A DNA stretch of 64,000 bases, taken from Camelus dromedarius (Eukaryota). The notes beneath the pieces were generated by a model that was not told where the DNA came from, did no database searches, and worked only from the letters and a program-made list of their open reading frames with translations. A program made the translations under genes and the position numbers. Positions 13,393 to 24,582 of this stretch are shown piece after piece. Every line of letters begins with the position of its first letter. Within the stretch, counting starts at the first letter, position 1. Location: the NCBI RefSeq assembly GCF_036321535.1, contig NC_087436.1, positions 11,966,001 to 12,030,000 of the forward strand, given 5' to 3'.

Positions 13393-13518
13393 TGTGATAG
13401 TTAATCTTATGTGTCAACTTGACTGGGCCACCATATACCCAGGTATTTGGTCAGATGTTATTTTGGGTGTGTCTGTGAGGGGTTTATTTTTGGATACTAA
13501 CATTTAAACCAATAGACT
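13393..13518 (+). mobile_element. MLT2-type ERV-L 5' LTR, first ~125 bp only (interrupted by L1)
   Basis: Begins tgtgatagttaatcttatgtgtcaacttgactgggcca. Homologous to the start of the LTR at 21508. Confidence 0.85.
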
Positions 13519-13519
13519 A

Positions 13520-14999
13520 GCTTGATCAAGATGGTGGAGTAGGGGACATGGGCCTCACCTCCCCCATGAACACATCAAAAGTACATTTTGTATGGAACAA
13601 TTCTCACTGAAAACCAACGGGAGACCAGTAGGGAGACTGTTGTACAAGCAAAGCTGTAAGAAAGATCCACACAGATCTGGGTAAGAGGGGAAGAGAAGCT
13701 TTATTAGGTCAGGACCTATTCCCCTGGGAGAGGACTCAGGAAGAGGGAGGTTACATGGGCGGACATCCTCCTTGAGGTGTGAGCAGTTTGAGTCACATAT
13801 TCGACACCTCAGCCCTGGGATCCAACACAGGAAAGACAGACTAACAGGAGGGCTGCGGGAAGCCTGGGCTCTGCTCATGAGGAGCGTGTGTACTGGCTGG
13901 CACCCAAGGCAGGGTGGGGAGAGTGGACTGAAAACTGCAGAGCGGCCCCCCAGGTTCTCATGCCACCCTGGTGTGTGCCCGTTCTGGTCTGGATGAGTGC
14001 TCCAGCCCCACTTCGCGTCACAGCGCCACACTGCAGTGAGGGCTGCCGTAACCAAGGCAAGGGCTTGACCATGGAATGCAGAGGTGACTCAGACATGAGG
14101 GGGCATCTGAACAGGGCAGGGGCAGCCACCACTGACACTTACACAGGGGGCACGTCAGGGGTGGTCCGAATCTCTGACAGCGGCTGGACCGCAGCCCATG
14201 CCCAACATACACCAGGAGGCCACATGGGCTCCACCTGCCCTGTGGCACATCGCCACACCAGGGCAGGGGTGGCTGAAGCTGAGGGGACAGATTGGCTGTG
14301 AAGGACAAAAGAAACTCAGACCTGTACTGGTGTCTGAGCAGGGTGGGGGCAACCACTGCTGGTGCTTACACGGGTGGCATATGAGAAGCAGCTTGGACCT
14401 CTGTCTCTGGAGGACCACTGTAGCCCATCACAAGCTGACAGCCTGCACAGTCCCAGCACTGCTACCCTCTGGGTTAGCACAGGGCGCTGAAACTGGGAGA
14501 TGGGAGAGCACACACCTGAAGAAAATTGAGCCAACTCAGGCCTGAACCTCAGGACTTCTGCTCCAGCAACTTGGGATCTGACCCCAACCCTGATAGGGTG
14601 CTGAGAGCCACAGAGCGGAGGGGGAGCCCTGGCCCACACCTGGCTTTGGCTCTAGTTCCTCCATCTCCAGCCTTGCTTCCTACCAAGGTGATAGCTGCCA
14701 GCACACCCTAGAGAAAGATGCAACCTGTGTTCGTGTCAAATCTACCTCTTCCATCAAAGCCACTGAGCACATGCAGACTGTAGAGGGATGCTCTCACACA
14801 AGGACACCCCTTCAAGACCACAATTGGTAACCGTTTCACCTAATTTTGTAGAGAAAGAAAATGTTAAGCAAAATGAGAAGACAGAGGAATTTATTCCAAT
14901 TGGAAGAACAAGAGCAAACCCATAAAAGTCTAATGAAACAGAAGTAAATAATTTACCAGATAAAGAGTTCAGAGCATTAGTAATAAGAATACTAACTGA
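13520..14999 (+). mobile_element. L1 element C: 5' UTR and start of ORF1
   Basis: caagatggtggagtagggg start and GC-rich UTR. ORF1 start MRRQRNLFQLEEQEQT..., then NNLPDKEFRALVIRILT, at ~14873-14998. Confidence 0.85.
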
Positions 15000-17885
15000 T
15001 GCCAAGACGGTGGAGTAGTAGGATGCACAGCTCACCTGATCCCACGAACACACTGAGAATTACATCTACAGACCCATTAATTTGCACAGAACACCTACTG
15101 AATTTTGACAGAATATCTTTTACTTTGAAATTCAAGAAGATTCCTCACAAAAACTGGTAGAAAGGAAAAAGAAACAGGAAATTGGTGCAGAACCCGTCCT
15201 GTGGGGAGGGAGCAGCAAAGGAGGAATAGTGCCCTCGTGCTGGGACACTCTCTCTCCGGCCGAGAGTTTACCAGGGACAGAAATGGAGCTTCTGGGGCTC
15301 AGAGGAGAAAACAACACCTGTTTGGCAGACAGAACTAAGAGAAACCAGCACAGAGGGTCCCTATGATCCCCAGCGCTAGACAAGAGCCAGTGGGGTGGGC
15401 CAGGACTGGCTGCTGGAGGTTAGTGACTAGCCTGGGCAGAGGGCTGGGGCCCACGGCACAGAGGCAGCCTCAGGGGGCTGTGGGGTAGTGCAGGCTGTAG
15501 CTGGGAGTGTCTGCAGAACAGAGCAGCCTGGGGCTCCCATGAAAAAGCACCAGTGCTGGTGCACATGGGGAGGAAGGGCACAAGGCAGCTGGGCCATAGC
15601 TGCCATCCCTGCTGGTCAGTGTAGACATGCACTTGTTGGTGTCTTCTCACCAGAAGAAGGGGGGGGGGGCTCTGTCATAGCCATTACAACCTCTGGAGCA
15701 TGGCTCCTGGGTGGAGGCAGGGCTGAAAGCTGAATTCACACCTGGCAGCCCCCCCCCCCCCCCATTCACAGGCAGGACTGGTGGAGATTTGTTTACAGCC
15801 CCAGGCAGAGGGGTCAGATTTGCTCCGCTGGTGCCTTTGTGGACCCATGCCTCTCAGATTCCGCACGGAGTTCTGGCCAACAGCAGGGGCAGGTATGGCT
15901 TTACAATGGGCATGTGTACCATACCATACCTGGAGGCGGGCCGGGGTCTGTGCTGGCCCTGTGGCGCAGCATGGATCCAGCTGTGCGACTGTACACTCAC
16001 AGCGGCAGGTCTTGGTGCCTGACATCCGTGACTCTGCACTGGTTAGCTCTGCAGGTCGAGAGCCTGGGGACACCAGAGCAGGTGGCCGACATTCCCACAG
16101 CTAAGGCAGGGACAAGGGCAGTGGCAAAAAGAGTACCTTGTAAGCCTACATAACAAGTGACAGACAGCACCACAGAGGGCACCGCCTGGTGGACGTCTCC
16201 TGTAGAGGTGCACTCAGTGGCTCTTCTCCGAGCTGAAACACTCCAACCCCACCTACCACACACCACAGCTCAGAAATGGATGTGGAAGCCTCTATTCCTA
16301 CAACGGGGGGGGGGGGGGGGGGGGGGGGCGGGCAGACCCAGCCCTGTCAGGGCTGTGACAACCACAGAACAAGGAAGAAGGCCCACTCCACAGCAAAAAG
16401 CAGGTTGGCTCTGACCAGTACAAAACCAACCACACCCCCAGTCAAAGGGATGATGGGCAACACACGTGGAAGGAAGGCATGACAGCCACCCATACTAAGA
16501 ACAGCCCTCATTACAGGACTATTAGATGCATGCAGTCTACACAAAGACACTCCCATTTTAAATAAATAAAAGAAAAAACCACAGCCCTTCAAGACCACAG
16601 TAGATAACTGATACTCCTAAATCCACAGAACCAGAGAAATATAAGTAAAGTAAAGAAGCAAAGGAACCACTCCCAGTTAAAAGAGCAGAAGTCCCCTGAA
16701 AGCATAAGCAATGAGATAGACCTCAACAGTCTATGAGAATATGACATCAAAAAGGGGGTGACAAAAACACTTCAGGAAATAAGAGAGACTTTGAACAGAA
16801 ATTCAGGATACTATAAAAAGGAAATAGAAACTATAAGGAGGAGCCAACTAAAAACAGAAAACTCAATGGCTGAGATAAGAGCTGAGCTAAAGGCAGTCAG
16901 AGCAGATCAGGTAATGCAGAGGAATGAATAAGTGATGTAGAAGACAGGATGACCAAACTCACCTAATCAGGACAGCAGACAGAAAAGCCAGTAAAAACCA
17001 ATGACAACAATATAAAGGAACTATGGGATAATATAAAGGAACCAGCCTATGGATACTAGGGGTCCCAGAAGGAGAAGGAAGAGAAAAAGGCATTGAAAAG
17101 GTATTTGAAGAAATCATGACTGAAAAATTCCCAAACTTAAAGAAGAAATATCCAAGTACAGGAAGCTCAGAGGGTCCCAAACAAGAAGAACCCAAAACAG
17201 ACCTACACTAGAACATACTATCATTAAGATGGCCAAAGTTCAAGATAAAGAAATGATTCTAAAGTCAGCAAGTGAAAAACAAAGAGTTAGTTACAAGGGA
17301 ACCCCCATAAGACTTTCAGCTGATTTCTCTACACAAACCCTGCTGGCCAGAAGGGAGTGGCAAGATACATTCAAAGTCCTGAATGAGAAAAAGCTGCAAC
17401 CTAGGATACTCTATCTGGCAAAACTATCCTTTAGAATAGAAAGAGAGAGAAAGAATTTCACAGACAAGCAAAAGCTGCAAGAATTCTGCAATACTAAACC
17501 AATCCTAAAAGAAATATTGAAAGCTCTACTCTAAATAGAAAAGAAGTAGGAAGCTATAGAAATGAGAAAACCATAACTGGAAATGTGATAACTACAATGA
17601 ATTGCAAGAGAATAAACATGAAGATGTAAAAGAGGACATCAAAATTAAAAGGTGGGAGATGGAAGCAAGAAAATACAGATTTTTTTCTCTCTCTCTTTTT
17701 TTTTTCTTTTTTCTGTTCTTTTTAGGATGTGTTTGAACCTATATGAGAATCTAAAGCAAGCAGGGTTGGTAATGGATTAACATACATGAAAAACAGGGTA
17801 ACCACAAATCAAAAACTTACAATAGAGTCACAAAAAACAAAAACAAACAAACAAAAAGAACCCAAGATAATACAAAAAAAAATTT
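15000..17885 (+). mobile_element. L1 element D: 5' UTR, degenerate ORF1 and inter-ORF spacer, no ORF2
   Basis: 5' end homologous to L1 A. ORF1 C-terminus KGTPIRLSADFSTQTLLARREWQDTFKVL...KEILKALL* ends at 17534. The spacer ends in an A-rich tract at ~17882. Confidence 0.9.
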
Positions 17886-20754
17886 ATGAGGGGAGCACCT
17901 GCATCCAGTACAAATTATGGGACTGCCCTCCTCCTCAAGACAGATCTTACTCACTGAGGACACTGAATTGGGAAACCTAAATGCAATGGAAGTAATCGGA
18001 TCCCTGGGTGATGGAGGCCAAGTGGTGGCATGCAACCACCAAAGGCCAGGTGCGTGTGGTTACTGGGGTAGACAGCAGAGTTAAAGGGATTGCAGAGATC
18101 AGTACCACAAGCAAGGACTTGGAAGATGTGAGGGTGGTGATTCCCGCCACATCCCCATTCAATTTGCCTATCTGGCCTGTGCAGAAGACCGATGGATCTT
18201 GGAGAATGACAGTGGATTATCACAAACTTAGTCAGGTGGTGACTCCAATTGCAGTTGCTGTCCCAGATGTGGTTCTACTGCTTCAGCAAATTAATACATC
18301 TCCTGGTATCTAATATGCAGATACTGAGCTGATAAATCCTTTTTTTCTTTTCATCTGTTCATAAGGACCACTAGAAGCACTTTGCTTTCAGCTGGCAAGG
18401 CCAAAACTACCAGCTCACTGTTCTAACTCTGGGATATTGTCAGCTCTCTAGCCCTGCATCATAATTTAGTTCTTAGGGATCTTGGTCCCCCTTTCCTTTC
18501 ACAAGGAATCACACTGGTCCATTACATTGATGCCATTATGTTGATTGGATCTAGTAAGCAAGAAGTAGCAACTACTCTAGACTTATTGGTAAGACCTTCG
18601 TGTGTCAGAGGTGTAGAAACAAATCTAACAAAAATTCAGGGACCTTCTACCTCAGTGAAATGTCTAGGGGTCCAGGGGTGGGGGGCATGCTGAGATATCC
18701 TTTTCAAGGTGAAGGATGAGTTGTTAGATCTGGCCCTCCTTTGACCTCAAAAGGTACAATCTCTAATGTGCCTTTTGGATTTTGGAGGCAACACTTTCCT
18801 TTCGGTGTATTACTCCTGCCCATTTAACAGGTGATCTGAAAGGTTCTGAGTGGGGCCCAGAATAAGAGAAGCCTCTGCAACAGATCCGGCTGCTGTGCGT
18901 GCCTCTGCACCACTTGGGCCACATGATCCAGCACATCCAACGGTGCCTGAAGTGTGGACAGCAGATGAGGATGCTATTTGGGGCCCTTCTAGGTGAACTG
19001 CAGCATGGGCTCTTAGGCATTGGAGCAAACCCCTGACATCTTCACAGATAATTACTCTCCTTTTGAGAAACAACTCTTGGATTGCTACTGGGCCTTAGTA
19101 GAAACTGAACACTAAGCTTGCCATGTGACCTGAACTTCCCATCATGAATTAGGTGTTATCTGACCCACCAAGCCATAAAGTTGGGTGTGCACATTAGTGC
19201 TCCATCATCCAATGGAAGTGGTTTATACATGATTGGGACTGAGCAGACCCTGAAGACATAAGCAATTTACATAAAGAAGTGGCCCAAATGCCCACGGTCC
19301 CCCTCCTGCTACTCTGTCTTCCCTCCCCTAGCCTCACCTGTGACGCCATAGGGCGCTCCCTGTGATCAGGGGACAGAGGAAGAGAAGACCGGGGTCTGGT
19401 TTACAGAAGGCGCTGCATGAGTTGCAGGCACCACCGGAAAGTGGACAGCTGCAGCACCACTGCCCGTTCCTGGGACGTCCCTGAAGGACGGTGGTGAAGG
19501 GCAGTCCTCCCACTGGGAGCTTCGAGCAGAGCACCTGGCTGCTCATTTTACTTGGAAGAAGAAATGGTTAGACATGTGATTATATACACCAATTTATGGG
19601 TTATAGCTAATGATTTATTTAGAAGGTCAGAGACTTAGAAGGAGCATAATTAGAAAATTAGTGAAGGAAATTTAGGAAGAAGTATATAGATAACCCTTTG
19701 TATGGGCAAAAAATGTGAAGATATTTGTGCCTCGTGTGAACTCTCACCAAAGGCTCACCTCAGTGGGGTAGGATTTTAATAATCAAGAGGATGGGATGAC
19801 CCATTCTGTACATACCAGTCAGCCTCCTGGCCCAACCACCCCATCCATCACCCAACATAGCGCTGTTTCTGACCAAGAAACTCACTTCACAGCAAGTGTA
19901 GGGGGCCTAAGCTGACGAGACTCCCTGGTCTCACCACGTTTCCCACCGTCCTCAAAGCAGCTGGCTTGATGGAACAGGGGAATGGCCTCTGGAAGACTCG
20001 GCCACACTGCCAGCTTGACGGCAACATCTTGCAGGCCTGGGACAACATTTTCCAGAGGGTGTTCTTTCTGAATCATCGTCTGACGTGTGGTGCTATTTCT
20101 CCCACAGCCAGAAGTCATGGATTCAGGAAACAAGGGGTGGGGACGGCAGTGACCACTCACTATTGCCTCTAGTGACCCACTAGCAAAATTCGTGCTTCCT
20201 GTTCCCATGACCTTATGCTCTGCTGGCCTAAAAGTCTCCGTTCCAGAGGGAGAAATGCTTCCACCAGGAGGCGTAATGATGATTTCATTGAACTGAAAGT
20301 TGAGACTGCCACTTGGCTATTTGGGGCTCCTCGGGCCTCTGGCTTTATAGTTAAAGAAGGCCGTCACGGCGCTGGCTGAGGTGACTGATCCTGACCACCA
20401 AGGGGAAATTGGGGGGCTCCTCCCTGTGGAGGTAAGGAAGAGCATGTCTGGAATACAAGAGGTCCCCTAGGGCATCTCTTAATGTTACCATGCCCCATGG
20501 TTGATTTAAGGTTAATGGAAAACTGTGACCCAATCCAGGCAAGACTGCTGATGGCTCAGACTCTTCAGGAATGAAGGTTTGAGTTGCCCCATTGGGTAAA
20601 TGAATATGACCCGCTGAGCGGCTTGTCAAAGGCACAGGGGATACAGAATAGATGGTAGAAAACGGCAGTTCTTCATACCGGCTACAACCATGTGAGCAGC
20701 CACAGAAACGACTGCCATTGTCATGAGTGTCTTCTCCTTATTTTATCATGAATA
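17886..20754 (+). mobile_element. ERV-L internal region: gag remnant, pol (RT/RNaseH/IN) and dUTPase, degenerate with deletions
   Basis: RT peptide [71 protein letters not shown] (YIDD-like) at ~18520. WFTEGAA (RNaseH-like) at ~19397. SDQETHFTA (integrase-like) at ~19868. dUTPase-like segment at ~20200-20500. Confidence 0.93.
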
Positions 20755-21479
20755 AAGCTCCTTTCTAATGGGAAGGAGGCCAATACCCTCAATCAAGTCT
20801 GGCTGATGGAAACATGAGGACGCAGACTGACTGTACGGAGAAGTGCGCGGACCCGGCCCTGACATTGCGAGGAGCAGCTGTGCTTGGTGGAGAGGGCCGC
20901 CACTGACGTCTCCCAGCTCCGGTGCCGGCTCCTCTCCAGCCAGCAGCTGGAGACTCTGCTGCCCTGAGCTGCTGCAAGTGCCTGTGATAGGCAAAAACCT
21001 GGGTGTCCCGAGTCTTTTGGGCCCCAGATCAAGGGTGCCTGCTGCTTGGAAGGAAAGATCCGCCAGTTGCTGGAACCCCTGGGCTTCCCATGCACCTTTG
21101 TTAATGACTTGGCTGCTCCCTGACTGAGATTGGAGACTTCTGCTCCTGTGCCAACATCTCCTGGGTGCACTTTGCCTTCAAATGGTGGAGGACAGTGCCC
21201 AGTGCCCTAGACCCACCAGTGCCTAGCACTGCCAGCCCTGCCCAGCACGGATGGCCCATTATCACCATTCAACAGCCTTCTGACCCCTGCCCTGATTGGA
21301 GGGCCGGACAGTCAAGAACTACACCCCTCTTTACCCTGCTCACCTCTGTCCCTTAGTGTCCAGTGGGGTGGCAGATGCTGCCAGCTTGAACCCCTTGGAA
21401 AAAGACAGAAGACTATCTTCAGCTGAGAAATGTTCCCTAAATATCCATTAGAGCGCTAGCTGTTCTGGGGGAAAAAAAA
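20755..21479 (+). pseudogene. PADI6: Processed (intronless) PADI6 3' fragment: frameshifted C-terminal coding sequence, 3' UTR and short A-tail
   Basis: Stitched frames read LLSNGKEANTLNQV..ADGNMRTQTDCTEKC...[76 protein letters not shown]. This matches the recalled PADI6 C-terminus ([23 protein letters not shown]...[24 protein letters not shown]). TAG at 21208-21210 follows a 7-bp tandem duplication agtgccc. ATTAGA at 21447 and A8 at 21472-21479. Confidence 0.9.
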
Positions 21480-21507
21480 GTGTTGGCCAAGTTGACAAAA
21501 GTCTCCT

Positions 21508-21915
21508 TGTGATGGTTAATTTTGGGTCACCTTGACCGGGCCCAGGGTGCCTAGATATTTGATCAAACATTATTCCAGGGGTTTCCATGAAGGTGTTTTG
21601 GATAAAATTAACATTTAAATTGGCAGACTGAGTAAGGAGAGGGCCCTCCCTAATGTAACTGGGCTTCACCCAATCAGTTGAAGCCTCGAATAGAACAAAA
21701 GGCCGACCCTCCCTGGAGGAGAGGAAGATTCTCCCTGCCTGAGTGCCTTTGAACTGGGACACTGGCTTCTTTCCTGCCTTTGGATACAAGCTGAAATACT
21801 GGCTCTCCCTGAGTCTCTAGCAGGCCGACTCACCCCGTAGATCTTGGAATTTGTCAGACTGCATAATCAGGTATATACGCTCCTGTTGGTTCTGTTTCTC
21901 TGCCTGACAAATACA
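21508..21915 (+). mobile_element. MLT2-type ERV-L 3' LTR
   Basis: tgtgatggttaatttt...cccaatcagttgaagcctcgaatagaacaaaagg...ctgttggttctgtttctc...aataca. Preceded by the ERV-L internal terminal motif gccaagttgacaa at ~21486. Confidence 0.9.
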
Positions 21916-21984
21916 CTGTTGTTCCACGAAAACAATTTTTCACAGTTATTTAGCAGTTATCTTGTGAGTTGCTTTCCAAATACC

Positions 21985-22735
21985 AGCATTAGTGGGGCTC
22001 TTGACTCCTTCATTCTCTTCCTAACACACACCTAGAGAAGTTCTTTTTTTGTCTTGTTTCACTTTAATTTATTGAACTACAGTCAGTTACAATGTGTCGA
22101 TTTCTGGAGTGCAGCATAATGTTTCATAGAGCAGTCCTCTTAAAGGTCATTCAGATCATGGCACCCTATGCTCAGAACCCCCACTGCTCGCATTTCACTC
22201 AAAAAGCCCAAGTCCTTTTTGTCACCTACCAAGCCCTGCAGAGCCTTCTGCCCAGCCTGGCCTGTTACCTCTGCTGTCCCACCATCTCCTACTCTCCCCC
22301 CACCTCCAGCTTTCACCTTGTGCTGGCCACTCAGATGGTCCGCTGGCCCTCGAGCTGGCCGGGCAGTCTTCCACCTCAGCACCTTTGTTCTCCATCTCTC
22401 TGCTTAGAGTGGTCTTCCCTGAGGCTGCATGGCTTCCTCCCCACTTTTTCTTCAGGTTTTCACTCATATGTCTCCAGCTCAGCAAAGTCTTCCTTTCTCT
22501 CTTACCTAAAGTTGCAAAACCCACCACCCTAAAACGCCTACACCTTCCCTGCTTTGTCTCCTTAGCGTTTACCACCATCCAACAGACATACAATGTCATT
22601 TGTCTTGTTTACGATCTCTCTCTCCTAGTAGAATGAGAGCCCCAGGGAGAGAGGTTTTGCATCTCCAGCACCAAAATAAGGAATCTTAGCACATATGGAG
22701 ATACCTAACAGATCTTGATTGAACAGGTGGATTAA
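21985..22735 (+). mobile_element. L2 3' region, interrupted by a short L1 tail
   Basis: cagatcatggcaccctatgctcagaaccccc...agaatgagagccccaggg...tagcacatatggagatacctaacagatcttgattgaac. Confidence 0.75.
22042..22126 (-). mobile_element. Very short L1 3' terminus
   Basis: tttattgaactacagtcagttacaatgtgtc. Approximate TSD tagagaagttct / tagagcagtcct. Confidence 0.7.
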
Positions 22736-24549
22736 TAAACACTTTCAAATTTTAAAGGAATTTTGTAGACTGCACTTCGCTTTGATGGGCTAAACTCTGT
22801 GGGTTTTGGTCTCAAAGCCATGTCACTGCTGTCTTGACTCTTAGTGGGTGACAAGGGCTGTGCTTGTGAACACACTTCACATCATTTTACCCAGATTCTA
22901 CACAGAGAAGCTTGCAGTTCTTCAAATAAGGAAATAAAATGCGTTTTATGTAGCCTTCAGTGGAATACCACTGAGTACACATTTTTGTTTAACTATTTGA
23001 TCTCTTCAGTTCCACGTCTATGAAAGCAGAATAATTAATATGAAATATAAGAAATTAAGCTAAATTGCCCATGCCTAGCAGTTAGTGTTCTGTGTTAAAT
23101 AAAAGTGAGCTATAGCATAATAAGGGGGTGAAAAATAGGGGCACTGAGCTGGAGTAAAAAGTGTAGTTTCCATATATGGTTAGCTGATTTCTCCTTTATA
23201 TTTCAACAGCTGCGTGTGTCATTACAAATGTCCATACAAGGTCACAGCCAAAAATAATTTTATTCTCAGATCAAGTTTTTCTCTACTTAGAAAGTCATAG
23301 AAACACTTCACAAAGATGCCACATAGATCTTTGAGCATAACATATTAAAAAAAAAAAAAAACCTAAACTTACTGTATTATGTTACAATTAGTCAAATTCT
23401 ACTGTATTAACAAATGAAGACATGTTAGTTTTAAAACTAAACGTGGTGAATTAGTTTTCTTAGAACATTTTTTGTCTAGTTTAATCTAGCCACTCAGTAT
23501 CTGCTGTTTTTGACAACTTACTGCACAAAATAAAATACAGTTAATTGCTTTTTTCTTCTTTACCTGAGGCTAAGGATACTTCATAGCAGTTTTTGATAGA
23601 TTAAGAGTAAAATAAATATGAGTGAGGTGTTTTCCATTGAATTTCAGAGGAGACCTTTGAACAGTGAGGGCAGCACCTGAAGGAGACTCTGGTTCTTCCC
23701 CCATTGCTTTTCAGGGTGGTCGCTCCCCGAGTTGGTCTGTGATTACCTTGGGCTTGGCCCTCAGCTTTCCAGACTCAGCAGGCTGGCTATCAGCTCTCTG
23801 AGAGCGGTTTTGCCTCTCAGGGAGAGACTTGCACTGCCAACTCAAAACCCCAGTGTATAAAGACAATGGCCAATTATTAACCTACAGCTATATTTTAGCT
23901 TCTTGCAGGCAAGCACGTGGAAAGCCAGAGTCTGCGCAGGGGCTGGTAATCGTGAGTACAAACACGCAGTTGTGCTTAGAAACTGTGGGGTCAGGTTTGT
24001 GATTTGAATGTTTCAAGATGCCAACTACGGGAGCTTGAAGCACCTGGTACCCAGCAGGTTGAGACCTTAAGGATAATGGACCGTTTCAGCTGCACATACT
24101 CCAGTAAGGACTCAAAACTTCTGTCTTTGAAAACCTCTTTATTTCTTTGCTGCATACCTAATATTTTCTTTCTTTAAATGTGTTATACGTCCCCTTAAAT
24201 GACTTGTGCACAATTTCTGCTTTAAATAATTATGGATTGAGCTTAACATTTATTTTCCTCAGGTCAGTATTATCTTCTTCATTTTTATGTTCTGGTAGGC
24301 AGACGGTATGCAGCTATAGGGACCAACATTTTTCGTTATATACATTTTTTTTTTTTTGAAGATGAGCCAATTAAGTTGCCTCCCCATTAATTAACTTACG
24401 GATCTGGTTAATATCAGCTTGCTATTCTGAAGGGTTTTAGGGAAATCGCCTTCTGGATTATTTTTGCTTGTGGTTCCTGAATGATCACGTATTTTCTAAT
24501 GGATCAGAGATTACTCAGCTGCTATTTTAAGCTATGCTTTTGTTTGCAG

Positions 24550-24582
24550 GTGGGCGGAGAGATGCAGCGGTACACTTTTAAG
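24550..24582 (+). other. Putative 33-bp exon (VGGEMQRYTFK, ATG at 24562), host gene unidentified
   Basis: Acceptor cttttgtttgcag| and donor aag|gtaaac. Length is a multiple of 3, the frame is open, and it lies in repeat-poor sequence. Confidence 0.3.

Noticed and set aside
13555..16598. Dense cluster of 60-166 aa ORFs on both strands
   Set aside because: By-product of two GC-rich L1 5' UTRs, not a gene or host CpG-island promoter.
15000..17885. L1 D as an ORF1-only (HAL1-like) retroposed element
   Set aside because: It ends in an A-rich tract, but no TSD matches the left flank and L1 C does not resume afterwards. Deletion is the simpler explanation.
20755..21210. Functional PADI6 gene or ERV-PADI6 fusion protein
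   Set aside because: Multiple frameshifts and deletions, only the C-terminal part is present, and the surrounding pol is degenerate.
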